The notes under the pieces: generated by a model
The model's database searches: none
What the model saw: the letters and a program-made list of their open reading frames with translations, nothing else
What the model was told of the DNA's origin: nothing
Assembly: GCA_035693225.1 (NCBI GenBank)
Contig: DASSGV010000086.1
Location: 1,335-65,334 of the forward strand
DNA from: Gemmatimonadales bacterium
Lineage (GTDB): Bacteria; Gemmatimonadota; Gemmatimonadetes; Gemmatimonadales; GWC2-71-9
DNA length: 64,000 nucleotides
Direction: 5' to 3'
Made by a program: the position numbers and the translations under genes
Shown: positions 28,507-37,997 of the stretch, in pieces
Numbering within the stretch: the stretch's first letter is position 1
How the letters are laid out: each line of letters begins with the position of its first letter

Positions 28507-29426
28507 GCGAGCCCGGGCCGCACCAGCACCTCACGCAACGCCACCCCGAAGGGCGTGTCGGTGGTCACGCGGTGATACCCGATCCCGCGCCGGCCACACG
28601 CGTTCTGCCAGCCGGTCACCACGCCCCGGACCGCGGCCCGATAGGCCGGCGCCCATTCGCGGGGTCGGACCACCACCGCCGCGCCGCTCTCGGGGTCCTC
28701 GTACCGCGCTTCTGCAGGCCCGCCGAGCTCGACCTCCGCGGGATCCATCAGGTGGAGTACCAGCACCTGATGGCCCCGATGGCGGAGGAACTGGAGCGCT
28801 CGCAGCGCCAGCTCCGGTTCGAACAGCAGGTCGGAAATGAAGACCACCAGGCCGCGACGGCGCAGGAGTTCGGTGACCCGCCGCAAGGCTGGCGCGGCCG
28901 CCGTGCCCGCGCCGGGCTCGATCCCGGTCAGGGTGTGGCAGAGCTGCTGCCACTGGGCCGGCCGCGCCCGAGGGGGGAGCACCGCGCGCACCGCGTCATC
29001 GAAGGCGATGCAGCCGGTGGCATCACGCTGTCGGAGGAGCACCAACGCCAGCGCCGCAGCGATCCGGCGTGCGTATTCGAGCTTCGTCACGGTGCGATCC
29101 GGCGCGCCCGACCAGTCCATCGACCGGCTCACGTCGCACACCAGCATCGCGCGGAGGTTGGTCTCCTCCTCGAACTGCTTGACGTAGGGCCGTTCGGTCC
29201 GGGCCAGGAGCCGCCAGTCGAGGTAGCGGGGCTCATCGCCAGGTTGGTACGCCCGGTGCTCCGCGAACTCGACGGAGAACCCCCGGCGAGGCGAACGGTG
29301 CAGTCCTGCGAGGAATCCTTCCACCACTCCTTCGGCGAACAGCTCAAGCCCGCTGAGGCGGGAGGCCTCCAGCGGGTCGAGAAGATCGTACCGGGCGGGA
29401 CGCGCCGCCACGGGAGGTCCTGTCAT
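28503..29426 (-). CDS. DUF58 domain protein (MoxR/Bat-operon associated)
   Basis: Pattern GLHRSPRRGFSVEFAEHRAYQPGDEPRYLDWRLLARTERPYVKQFEEETNLRAMLVCDVSRSM. Start chosen at ATG 29426; the ORF's 82-aa Arg/Gly-rich N-extension looks non-coding. Confidence 0.85.
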   Translation of the reverse strand: MTGPPVAARPARYDLLDPLEASRLSGLELFAEGVVEGFLAGLHRSPRRGFSVEFAEHRAYQPGDEPRYLDWRLLARTERPYVKQFEEETNLRAMLVCDVSRSMDWSGAPDRTVTKLEYARRIAAALALVLLRQRDATGCIAFDDAVRAVLPPRARPAQWQQLCHTLTGIEPGAGTAAAPALRRVTELLRRRGLVVFISDLLFEPELALRALQFLRHRGHQVLVLHLMDPAEVELGGPAEARYEDPESGAAVVVRPREWAPAYRAAVRGVVTGWQNACGRRGIGYHRVTTDTPFGVALREVLVRPGLA

Positions 29427-29625
29427 TCCGGGCCGCAAACTACCCCGACCGGCCGCCGCCGTCAACGCGACCTGCCCTGTCCCGCCGGACGGACACCGGG
29501 CCGGGGCATTGCCGAAGCGACCGCCCCGCAAGCGCCTGAAACACAACAAGTTGACCCGACACTGGCGGGTGGCACGGCTCCTGCCCATCCTTCCGGAGCA
29601 GCCAGTCCCGTCCCTCGGAGGACAT

Positions 29626-31029
29626 ATGCTCCCCTTGTTCGGCCTGGCGGTAGCGCTCGCCGCTCCCGCCACCCACAGCGTGCCGTTGGCGGTCCGGGAA
29701 CGCCGCGACCTGTCGACCGCACCGCTCTATCGCATCATCAGCGATGCGCGGCCCCAGGTGAGCGTCTGGACCAATACGACCGACCCCTACCAGCGCGGCG
29801 ACCGGGCCCGGGTATACGTCTCCGCCGGGACCGACGCCTACGTGATGGTCCTCCGGATCGACACCGACGGACGCGTCCGGGTGCTGTACCCGGTGGAACC
29901 GTGGCAGGATGACTTCGTGCGCGGCGGCCGGACCTTCGAGGTGCTCGGCCGTGACGAGGACAACGCGTTCGATGTCGACGACAACCCCGGCGTCGGCTAC
30001 GTCTTTGCCATCGCTTCCGCTGACCCGATCAAGTTCGACCAGTTCGTGCGGGGCGATCACTGGGATTATCGCACCATCGCCAATGGGCGCGTCGTGGGTG
30101 ACCCGTACGTGGCGCTCACCGACTTTGCCAACCAGCTCGAAGGCGAGAGCGACTGGGACTACGACATCACGTCGTATGATGTCGAGCAGCATTACGACTA
30201 CCCGCGGTTCCTGTGCTACGACTGCCACGCGTATGCCGCGTACTCCTACTGGGACCCCTACGCCCAGCAATGCCCGCGATTCCGGATCGTGATGTACAAC
30301 GATCCCTACTACTACCCCTACTACTACGGCGGGCGCCGGGTGGCGGTGGTGCGTCCCATCCGCCCCCAGCCCCGCTTCGTGTTCAAGGATTACAGCGGCA
30401 CCGGGACGTATGTGACCCAGCTTCCCCGGCGTCCGATACGCCCCATCACGGGTGGAGGTGCCGGTGGCACCGGTCAGGGATTCGCGATCGACCGGGGCCG
30501 TACCGGCGCTGAACTCGGCGGCCGCGGTTCCATCCCGACACCGCAAGGGTACGGTCGGCGGCCGGTGCGGCCCGACGCCGGGGGCGGCAGCGCAGCACCC
30601 CAGGGCCGCCAGGTCCAACCTGACGTCGGCGGGATCGGGCCGATGCGCCGACCGGTGACCGGTGGCGCTGGCCAGGACAACGGACAGGCGCCGAACGTCA
30701 CACCGCGCCCCGACCCCAATGGCGGGCGACGCCCGGAGGTCGATCCGAAGGCGGGCGGTCAGCCCCAGGCCCAACCGCCGGCAGGCCGGCAGGGGCAACC
30801 ACAGGGAGAGCAGCCGCGACCCGAGCGACGCCCGGTGACGCCGCCGCCGCGGATGGAGCCGGAACGCCAGCCGCAGCAGCGGCCGCCGGAAGAGCCGCGA
30901 CGGGTGGAGCCGCGCAGTCAGGCGCCACCGCGGATGGAACGCCCAGCCCCCCCTCAAGCGCGCCCGCGGTCGGAGCCGCCACGGGGCGGCGGGGGCGGGC
31001 AACCGGAGCTCCGCCGCCGGAAGCCGTGA
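29626..31029 (+). CDS. secreted DUF4384-like protein with Tyr-rich segment and long Pro/Arg/Gly/Gln-rich disordered tail
   Basis: GGAGG lies 4 nt before ATG 29626. Signal-like MLPLFGLAVALAAPATH. DUF4384-type core (GDRARVYVSAGTDAYVMVLRIDTDGRVRVLYP). Tyr-rich segment YNDPYYYPYYYGG. The last ~170 aa are low complexity. Confidence 0.7.
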   Translation: MLPLFGLAVALAAPATHSVPLAVRERRDLSTAPLYRIISDARPQVSVWTNTTDPYQRGDRARVYVSAGTDAYVMVLRIDTDGRVRVLYPVEPWQDDFVRGGRTFEVLGRDEDNAFDVDDNPGVGYVFAIASADPIKFDQFVRGDHWDYRTIANGRVVGDPYVALTDFANQLEGESDWDYDITSYDVEQHYDYPRFLCYDCHAYAAYSYWDPYAQQCPRFRIVMYNDPYYYPYYYGGRRVAVVRPIRPQPRFVFKDYSGTGTYVTQLPRRPIRPITGGGAGGTGQGFAIDRGRTGAELGGRGSIPTPQGYGRRPVRPDAGGGSAAPQGRQVQPDVGGIGPMRRPVTGGAGQDNGQAPNVTPRPDPNGGRRPEVDPKAGGQPQAQPPAGRQGQPQGEQPRPERRPVTPPPRMEPERQPQQRPPEEPRRVEPRSQAPPRMERPAPPQARPRSEPPRGGGGGQPELRRRKP

Positions 31030-31095
31030 TCGAAGGCCGCGAACGAGGGCCCGGCGCCGGATCCCAGGCGCCGGGCCTTCTCGTATATTCCACCG

Positions 31096-31446
31096 ATGCC
31101 CGACCCACTCCCTGATTTCAACGCCTTCCGCTCCCGGATGAACGAGCGGATCTTCGGCGCCGACAACCTTGTCATCAACCGATTCTTCCGACTCGACGGC
31201 CAGGCCTACGAGGACGGCGCGCTCGGCCGGAAGACCAAGGAGATGCTCGGTCTCGTCTCCTCGATGGTGCTGCGCTGCGACGACTGCATCACCTATCACA
31301 TCATCCAGTGCGCGGCCGAGGGCGTGAGCGACGAGGAGTTCTTCGAGGTCTTTTCCGTGGCGCTCGTGGTCGGTGGGAGCATCGTGATCCCGCACCTGCG
31401 GCGCGCAGTCGATCGGTTGGACGAGGTGCGGAGAGCGGGCGGGTAG
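31096..31446 (+). CDS. carboxymuconolactone decarboxylase (AhpD-like) family protein
   Basis: 116 aa with the AhpD-type motif [10 protein letters not shown] and a CMD-fold helix pattern. Confidence 0.82.
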   Translation: MPDPLPDFNAFRSRMNERIFGADNLVINRFFRLDGQAYEDGALGRKTKEMLGLVSSMVLRCDDCITYHIIQCAAEGVSDEEFFEVFSVALVVGGSIVIPHLRRAVDRLDEVRRAGG

Positions 31447-31533
31447 GACGGGTCGAGCGGGTCTGGGACGATCGAACAGGTGCCACGATCCACCCGCCGC
31501 ACCCGTTTCACCCGCCCTACCCGCTCCACCCGC
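31425..31533. repeat. short inverted word arrays (GCGGGT / ACCCGC words) around a ~23-nt loop
   Basis: Left arm gcggagagcgggcgggtaggacgggtcgagcgggtctggg. Right arm cacccgccgcacccgtttcacccgccctacccgctccacccgc. The CMD-gene stop TAG (31444-31446) lies inside the left arm. Confidence 0.7.
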
Positions 31534-31547
31534 TTATCTTCCCCGCC

Positions 31548-33350
31548 ATGAAGCAGTCGCGGATCCGCAATTTCTGCATCGTCGCGCACATCGACCACGG
31601 CAAATCCACCCTCGCCGACCGGCTGATCGAGGCCACCGGCGCGGTCGAGAAGCGCGCGATGCGGGCACAGATGCTCGACACGATGGACCTGGAACGCGAG
31701 CGCGGCATCACCATCAAGTTGAACGCCGTGCGCATGCAGTATCAGGCCGGGGACGGTCACGCCTACGAGCTCAACCTCATCGACACGCCCGGACACGTCG
31801 ACTTCACCTATGAGGTGAGCCGATCCCTGGCCGCCTGCGAGGGCGCCATCCTGGTGGTGGATGCGTCGCAGGGGCTCCAGGCCCAGACCCTCTCGAACCT
31901 CTTCCTGGCGCTCGACGCGGGGTTGGAGATCATCCCGGTCCTCAACAAGATCGACCTCCCCGGCGCGGAGCCGGAGCGCCGAGCGAAGGAGATCATCGAC
32001 CTGATCGGGGCGCGGCGGGAGGAGATCCTGGCGGTGAGTGCCAAGGAAGGCACCGGGATCCCCGCCCTGCTCGAGGCGATCGTGGCACGGGTGCCTCCAC
32101 CCAGGGGCCGACCCGACACGCCGTTCCGCGCGCTGGTCTTCGACAGCTACTTCGACCGCTACCGCGGCGCCATCCCCAGCATCCGGGTCGTCGACGGCAC
32201 CATCCGCCCCAAGATGCGGATCGCCTTCGGGGCGCATCCGGCCGACGTCTATCTGGTCGATGAGGTGGGCTACCTGCAGCTGGGCCAGCGCCCCACCGAC
32301 GCGCTGGAGGCCGGCGAGGTGGGCTACCTCGTGGCCAATCTCCGCACCGTGGGCGACACCCGCGCCGGCGACACCATCTTCGACGCCGATAACCGCGCCA
32401 CCGAGCTGCTGCCAGGCTATCGCAACGTCAAACCGATGGTGTTCGCGGGGCTCTACCCCACCGACGCCAATCAATATGAGGCGCTCCGCGACGCGCTGGA
32501 GCGGCTCAAGCTGAACGACGCCTCGCTCCAGTACGAGCCCGAGACCTCGACGGCCCTCGGCTTCGGATTCCGGGCCGGGTTCCTGGGCCTCCTGCACATG
32601 GAGATCGTCGGCGAACGGCTGCAGCGGGAGTTCGACCTCGACCTCATCACCACCGTGCCGACGGTGGAGTATCACGTCCATCGCACCAACGGGGAGGAAG
32701 TGATCGTCGAGAACCCCTCGACCCTTCCCGACCCCGGCGGCATCGACCGGATCGAGGAACCGTACGTGAAGGGGCGCATCATGGTCCCCGCCGACTACAT
32801 CGGCGGGATCATGAAGCTGGGCCAGGACCGCCGCGGGGTGTACCTCGGGATGAAGTACCTCGACCCCACCCGGGTCGAGTTCGACTGGGAGTTCCCCCTG
32901 GGCGAGATCGTGCTCGACTTCTACGACCGGCTGAAGAGCATCAGCCGAGGGTACGCGTCGTTCGACTATGAACTCTCGGGGTATCGTCCCAACGACCTGG
33001 TGCGGCTCGACATGCTCATCAACGGGGAGCAGATCGACGCGTTCAGCGTCATCATCCACCGCGACAAGGCCTACGAGTGGGGCCGGAAGGTGGCGGAGAA
33101 GCTCAAGGAACTCATCCCACGGCAGCTCTTTGCCGTGGCGATCCAGGCCGCCATCGGGTCGAATGTCATCGCCCGCGAGACCATCAGCGCCCTCCGCAAG
33201 GACGTCCTGGCCAAGTGCTACGGCGGCGATGTCACCCGCAAGCGGAAGCTGCTGGAGAAGCAGAAAGAAGGAAAGAAGCGGATGAAGCAGATCGGCACCG
33301 TCGAGATCCCGCAGGAGGCGTTCCTGGCGGTGCTGCAGGTGGAGGACTAG
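31548..33350 (+). CDS. lepA: elongation factor 4 (LepA)
   Basis: [40 protein letters not shown], and a LepA C-terminal domain. The ORF extension to 31308 overlaps the CMD gene and a repeat. Confidence 0.95.
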   Translation: MKQSRIRNFCIVAHIDHGKSTLADRLIEATGAVEKRAMRAQMLDTMDLERERGITIKLNAVRMQYQAGDGHAYELNLIDTPGHVDFTYEVSRSLAACEGAILVVDASQGLQAQTLSNLFLALDAGLEIIPVLNKIDLPGAEPERRAKEIIDLIGARREEILAVSAKEGTGIPALLEAIVARVPPPRGRPDTPFRALVFDSYFDRYRGAIPSIRVVDGTIRPKMRIAFGAHPADVYLVDEVGYLQLGQRPTDALEAGEVGYLVANLRTVGDTRAGDTIFDADNRATELLPGYRNVKPMVFAGLYPTDANQYEALRDALERLKLNDASLQYEPETSTALGFGFRAGFLGLLHMEIVGERLQREFDLDLITTVPTVEYHVHRTNGEEVIVENPSTLPDPGGIDRIEEPYVKGRIMVPADYIGGIMKLGQDRRGVYLGMKYLDPTRVEFDWEFPLGEIVLDFYDRLKSISRGYASFDYELSGYRPNDLVRLDMLINGEQIDAFSVIIHRDKAYEWGRKVAEKLKELIPRQLFAVAIQAAIGSNVIARETISALRKDVLAKCYGGDVTRKRKLLEKQKEGKKRMKQIGTVEIPQEAFLAVLQVED

Positions 33351-33440
33351 GCGCAGGGGCGGAGAGACGCAGGGGCGGAGAGGCGGGTGGACGCAGTAAG
33401 GCGCGTGGACAGGCGCGTGAGGCGCGAGGGTGGAGCGGAG

Positions 33441-33509
33441 CGTCATCCCGAGCAGAGCGAGGGATCTTCTCCGCAGAGAGAGGACCGTCCCACCACGCTG
33501 GGATGACAG
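33441..33509. repeat. MITE-like palindromic element, GTCATCCCGAG family (short copy)
   Basis: Termini cgtcatcccgagcagagcgagggatcttctcc ... ccacgctgggatgacag. It is preceded (33352-33440) by purine word arrays gcaggggcggagag / ggcgcgtgg. Confidence 0.75.
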
Positions 33510-33548
33510 ATCGGTGGACGATCCGCCTGGCCACGAAAGGCGACATGC

Positions 33549-34559
33549 ATGACCGAACCATCCGCCACCCTTGTCATCCAGACCGCCTTCCTGGGCGACG
33601 TGGTACTGACGATCCCGCTCCTCGACGCGCTCGCGGAACGGTTCGGCCCGGTGGATGTGGTGACGACACCGGCGGCAGCCCCCCTGATCGAGACCCATCC
33701 CGCGGTGCGGCGGGTGATCCGCTACGACAAACGGGGCGCCGACCGCGGCTTCCGGCGCTTGCGCCACCTCATTACGACACTGCGGGCCGAAGGCTATGCC
33801 CGGGCATACCTGCCCCACCGCTCGTGGCGTTCGGCGGCATTGGCCACGCTGGCCGGGATCCCGGTGCGCATCGGTTTCCGCGACAGTCCGGCGCGCACGA
33901 CGTACACCGAACGCCGGGAGCGGCCGACCGGCGTACACGAGTCGATCCGACTCCTTGCCCTGCTCGATCCGATCCCGGCGCCGCGCCCTTTCCACCTGGC
34001 ACTGACCGAGCAGGATCGTGGTCGTGCCGCGGCGTGGCTGGCGGCAGCGGGGGTGACGGCGCCGTTCGTGGCCCTGGCCCCCGGCTCGATCTGGGGGACC
34101 AAACGGTGGCCCTACTATGCGGAGCTGACCCAAAAGCTCGATATTGCAGTGGTGGCGATCGGCGGGGCGGATGACGCCGCCCACGGCGCGGCGATCGCGG
34201 CCGCCGCACCAGGCCGAGCGTTCAACGCCGTGGGCGCCCTCTCCCTGCGGGAGTCGGCGGCGCTGATCGAACGCGCGGCGGTGCTCGTGACCAACGATTC
34301 GGCCCCGCTCCACCTGGCGACCGGCGTGGGTACGCCGGTGGTGGCGATCTTCGGCCCCACGGTGCCGGCCTTCGGGTTCGGCCCGCTCGGGCCCGATGAC
34401 GCGGTCGTGGAGCATCACGCGATGCCCTGCCGTCCCTGCTCGCCGCACGGGCCGCAGGTCTGCCCGCTGAAGCACCACCGCTGCATGATCGAACTCGGTC
34501 CCGACCTCGTGGTGCGCGAGGTCCGGCGCATCCTCACCCTCCGCGGAGCTCGTCGGTGA
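33549..34559 (+). CDS. glycosyltransferase family 9 (LPS heptosyltransferase-like)
   Basis: N-terminus LVIQTAFLGDVVLTIPLLDAL and C-terminal LVTNDSAPLHLA..GTPVVAIFGPT, typical of GT9. Confidence 0.85.
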   Translation: MTEPSATLVIQTAFLGDVVLTIPLLDALAERFGPVDVVTTPAAAPLIETHPAVRRVIRYDKRGADRGFRRLRHLITTLRAEGYARAYLPHRSWRSAALATLAGIPVRIGFRDSPARTTYTERRERPTGVHESIRLLALLDPIPAPRPFHLALTEQDRGRAAAWLAAAGVTAPFVALAPGSIWGTKRWPYYAELTQKLDIAVVAIGGADDAAHGAAIAAAAPGRAFNAVGALSLRESAALIERAAVLVTNDSAPLHLATGVGTPVVAIFGPTVPAFGFGPLGPDDAVVEHHAMPCRPCSPHGPQVCPLKHHRCMIELGPDLVVREVRRILTLRGARR

Positions 34560-35527
34560 AGCACATCCTCGGCATCGACCTGGGCGGCACCAACATCAGC
34601 GCCGGCTGCGTGGCCGAGGACGGGTCGCGCGTGGCGGGCCTGGTGACCGAGCCGACCGAGGCGGCGCACGGCGCAGAAGGGGTGCTGGGGCGGATGCTCG
34701 ACCTCTCCCGGCGCTCGATGGCGCTCGCCGGGAAGGAGCACCCCTCGCTCGACGTCATCGGCGTCGGGATCGGGGCGCCCGGGCCGCTCGATGCGGCGCG
34801 CAACATCATCCGGTTGGCGCCGAACCTCGGGTGGCGTGACTTCCCGCTCCGCCAGCGCATCGGCGACGGGCTCGGGATCCCGGCGGTGCTCGACAACGAC
34901 GCCAACTGCGCCGCGCTGGGCGAATGGTGGCAGGGGGCGGCCCGGCGCACCCGCGACGCGATCTGCCTGACGATCGGGACCGGCATCGGCGGCGGGATCA
35001 TCATCGACGGCGCGCTCTATCACGGTGCTTCCAGCGCGGCGGGCGAGCTCGGCCACACCACCATCGACGTCGGCGGGCGCCGCTGCAAGTGCGGCAATTA
35101 CGGCTGCATCGAAGCGTACGCCTCGGGGCCGGCCATCGCGGCGCGCGCGGTCGAAGTGCTGGAGGCGGGTGCCGAGTCGAAGCTTCCCGGGATGGTGGGG
35201 GGCGACTTCGCGAAGATCACCGCCGAGACCGTCTACGACGCCGCCTACGCCGGCGACGAACTGGCGCTGGAAGTGGTGCGGGACACGGCGGTGTACCTCG
35301 GTGCCGCCATTGCCAACTTCATCAACATCTTCAATCCCGAGGTCGTGGTGGTGTGCGGTGGCGTCACCAAGGCGGGTGAGAAGCTGTTCCACCCGCTGCA
35401 GCGGGAAGTGAGCAAGCGCGCCTTCAAGCCGGCCGTCGAGGTCTGCCGGATCGTGCCGGGACAATTGCACGGCACCGCCGGCATCCTGGGCGCCGCCAAG
35501 GCGTTCCTCGACGACAGGCGTACCTGA
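34556..35527 (+). CDS. ROK family sugar kinase (glucokinase-like)
   Basis: GIDLGGTNISAG, GELGH, and the Zn motif CKCGNYGCIEAYASG. The GTG start overlaps the upstream stop (GTGA). Confidence 0.88.
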   Translation: MKHILGIDLGGTNISAGCVAEDGSRVAGLVTEPTEAAHGAEGVLGRMLDLSRRSMALAGKEHPSLDVIGVGIGAPGPLDAARNIIRLAPNLGWRDFPLRQRIGDGLGIPAVLDNDANCAALGEWWQGAARRTRDAICLTIGTGIGGGIIIDGALYHGASSAAGELGHTTIDVGGRRCKCGNYGCIEAYASGPAIAARAVEVLEAGAESKLPGMVGGDFAKITAETVYDAAYAGDELALEVVRDTAVYLGAAIANFINIFNPEVVVVCGGVTKAGEKLFHPLQREVSKRAFKPAVEVCRIVPGQLHGTAGILGAAKAFLDDRRT

Positions 35528-36492
35528 TGCCCCGCATCGGTGTGGTGGGTTCGATGGTGTGGGACGTGATCCACGGCCGCTCCCCCGGCGAGAGCCAGGT
35601 GGAGGAGTGGGGAGGGATCGCCTATGCGCTGGCGGCGATGGATGCGAGCCTCCCCGAGGGGTGGGAGATCGTCCCGCTCATCAAGGTAGGGCAGGATCGC
35701 GCCCGGGCGGCGGCGGAGTTCGCGCAGGGCCTCCGACACTGGGCGCCGGGTGCACGGTTCATCGAGGTGCCGGCGCTCAACAATGCCGTGCACCTCCGCT
35801 ACGACCAGGCGGAGCGGCGCTGCGAGCGGATGGCGGGCGGCGTGCCGGGCTGGACCTGGCCCGAGCTGGGCCCGATGGTCCGTGACCTGGACGGACTCTA
35901 CGTCAATTTCATCTCCGGTTACGAGATGTGCCTTGGCACCGCCCAGGCGCTCCGGGCCGGCTTCCAGCGTCCGATCTACGCCGACCTCCATTCGCTGTTC
36001 TTCGGGATGCGGCACGACGGCATCCGCACCCTGCGCCCGCTGCCGGATGCACCGAGTTGGTTCGGGTGCTTCGACGTGCTCCAGATGAACGAGGACGAGA
36101 TGCGGCAGATCTCCGACGACCCGCTGGCGCTGTCGGTGGACGCGCTCGCCGCCGGGGTCAAGCTCCTCAACGTGACGCTCGGCTCCCGCGGCGTGGCCTA
36201 CGTGGCGGCGCCGGGATTCGAACGGCTCCCTGCGACCCGCGACCCGCGACCGGCGACCGCAGGGATCGGAAGCACGATCAAGACCGCCCGGCTGGCGCCG
36301 CCGAGCGTCGAGATGCTCGACCCGACCGGTTGCGGCGATGTCTTCGGCGCCGCCTGTGCCGCCCGGCTCCTTGCGGGCGACACCTTCGAGGAGGCCCTGA
36401 CCCACGCCAACCGGATGGGGGCCCGGAACGCCGCCTTCCGGGGCGCCGGAGCGCTCAACGCGCACCTGCGGGGGGAGCTGGTGCACGCATGA
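35527..36492 (+). CDS. PfkB-family carbohydrate kinase
   Basis: C-terminal signature DPTGCGDVFGAA. The start overlaps the ROK stop (TGATG). Confidence 0.82.
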   Translation: MPRIGVVGSMVWDVIHGRSPGESQVEEWGGIAYALAAMDASLPEGWEIVPLIKVGQDRARAAAEFAQGLRHWAPGARFIEVPALNNAVHLRYDQAERRCERMAGGVPGWTWPELGPMVRDLDGLYVNFISGYEMCLGTAQALRAGFQRPIYADLHSLFFGMRHDGIRTLRPLPDAPSWFGCFDVLQMNEDEMRQISDDPLALSVDALAAGVKLLNVTLGSRGVAYVAAPGFERLPATRDPRPATAGIGSTIKTARLAPPSVEMLDPTGCGDVFGAACAARLLAGDTFEEALTHANRMGARNAAFRGAGALNAHLRGELVHA

Positions 36493-37388
36493 CCCGCATC
36501 GTCGAGGTCCCCGCGCAGCTCGATGACCGTACCTTCGAGCAGTTCGCCACGAGCTTTGCCGAGGGCGCGCCGACCGACAAGATGCTCTTCGACGCGCGGG
36601 GAGCGAAGTGGTCGTCGCCATACGGATTCACCGGGTTGCTCATTGCCGGCCAGTCGGTGGCGGAGGCGGGGGGACCCAAGCCGCTCTTCACCGTGCCGGA
36701 GGATGAGCAGGTCAAGAGCTACTGGACCAGGATCGGCTTCCTCCGCCACGCCGCCGAGTTCTTCGAGCTCCACGGCAAGGTGCCGCGGGCCCGCGCCCAG
36801 GACGAGAGCGATGTCCTTCTCGAAGTGACGCCGGTGCGGGCGTCCGAGGACGTTCACGCCGTGGTGGAGCGGGTCCAGGATCGCTCCGCCCGGATCGTGA
36901 CCGGCGAGCTGGGGCTCGAGGCGAAGGCCGTGATGGGGTTCGCTATGGCGCTCAGCGAGGCTTGTCAGAATATTGTGGAGCACGCCGGGACCACCGGATG
37001 GGTGGCGATCCAGGCGTACAACTGGAAAAGGCGCCTGGGCCGACGGGTGGTGGTCATTGCCGTGGCCGACGGCGGGGTGGGCTTCCGGAAGAGCCTGGAA
37101 GCGACGCAGGCCAAGCGGATCGGGGAGCGGTGGGGGGATGGTGCCGCGCTCGAGTGCGCGCTGGTCCAGGGGATCAGCCGGTTCCGTGACCCCGGCCGCG
37201 GCCAGGGCCTGGCAGGGATCAAGCGGTATCTTGAACGGTGGGAGGGGAAGATCAGCATCCGCAGCGGCAGCGCCCGACTGGCCATCGTGCCGGCGTGGGA
37301 CGAGGACGTCCCGCTGCGGGAGCATCTGGCCCCCTTCCCCGGCGCCCAGGTCCAGATCGTCATCCCCGCAGCCCAAGGGACCCCCTGA
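36489..37388 (+). CDS. GHKL-fold ATP-binding protein, RsbW/SpoIIAB-like kinase domain with unknown ~125-aa N-terminal region
   Basis: Motif order: N-box EACQNIVEHAG, G1 VADGGVGF, G2 GRGQGLAGIKRYL. ATG 36489 overlaps the PfkB stop (ATGA). The upstream extension of the supplied ORF (from 35928) lies inside the PfkB gene. Confidence 0.75.
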   Translation: MTRIVEVPAQLDDRTFEQFATSFAEGAPTDKMLFDARGAKWSSPYGFTGLLIAGQSVAEAGGPKPLFTVPEDEQVKSYWTRIGFLRHAAEFFELHGKVPRARAQDESDVLLEVTPVRASEDVHAVVERVQDRSARIVTGELGLEAKAVMGFAMALSEACQNIVEHAGTTGWVAIQAYNWKRRLGRRVVVIAVADGGVGFRKSLEATQAKRIGERWGDGAALECALVQGISRFRDPGRGQGLAGIKRYLERWEGKISIRSGSARLAIVPAWDEDVPLREHLAPFPGAQVQIVIPAAQGTP

Positions 37389-37933
37389 TGGTCACCACGA
37401 TCCGTCTCGACTCGCTGCTGCAGGAAGCCCACCCGGCGATGACGCCGAAGAACCTCGTCACTCGTCCCACCGGAGCGGCGGTGCGGACCTCCATCGAGCG
37501 GGAGATGACGCTGCGACGCGCCCAGGTGGCGTTGCTCGACTTCTCCGAGCTCGACCTGGTGGACCTCTCCTGCGCCGATGAGGTCGTGGCCAAGCTGCTG
37601 CAGCGGATGGACGCTACCGACCAGCGCTATGTGGCGCTCACCGGGCTGACCGAGGACCAGGCCGAGGCCATCGACCACGTGCTCTCCCATCACCAGCTCG
37701 GGGTGCAGGCGATCACCCGCGACTCCGCCCGCCCCCGGCTCCTGGGGCACTTCGGGAATGACAGCCGCGCCGCCTTCGATATGCTGATCGACCGCGGTCC
37801 GCTCGACGGTGGCTCCCTTGCCACGGAGCTGGGCTGGCACTCCGATCGGCTGGCCGATGCGCTCCAGGTCCTCTGCCTGCTGGGCGTGGTGATCGGCACC
37901 GGCGGGGCGTTCCAGGCGGTGATGGTGGCGTGA
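37388..37933 (+). CDS. STAS-like DUF4325 (PF14213-like) domain protein with C-terminal extension
   Basis: LVTRPTGAAVRTSIE...VALLDFSELDLVDLSCADEVVAKLL matches the DUF4325 pattern. The ATG overlaps the upstream stop (TGATG). 181 aa. Confidence 0.65.
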   Translation: MVTTIRLDSLLQEAHPAMTPKNLVTRPTGAAVRTSIEREMTLRRAQVALLDFSELDLVDLSCADEVVAKLLQRMDATDQRYVALTGLTEDQAEAIDHVLSHHQLGVQAITRDSARPRLLGHFGNDSRAAFDMLIDRGPLDGGSLATELGWHSDRLADALQVLCLLGVVIGTGGAFQAVMVA

Positions 37934-37997
37934 GGGTGGGGCCGTCCGGCGGGATCTTGCGCTAGACACCCCCCGCCACCGTTCCTATCATTCACGC

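Noticed and set aside
28503-29672. N-terminal extensions of supplied ORFs (also 17462.., 31308.., 35928.., 47811.., 56209..57402, 58554..60710, 19613..20674, 9622..10359, 11144..11620, 53073..53927, 55503..56219)
   Set aside because: The extensions overlap upstream genes or repeat arrays and lack homology-like sequence. Internal starts coincide with homologue N-termini and with ATGA/GTGA/TGATG coupling junctions.
31296-34478. 1060-aa minus-strand ORF
   Set aside because: It is antisense to lepA, the repeat region and the GT9 gene. It has no motifs and shadow-ORF composition.
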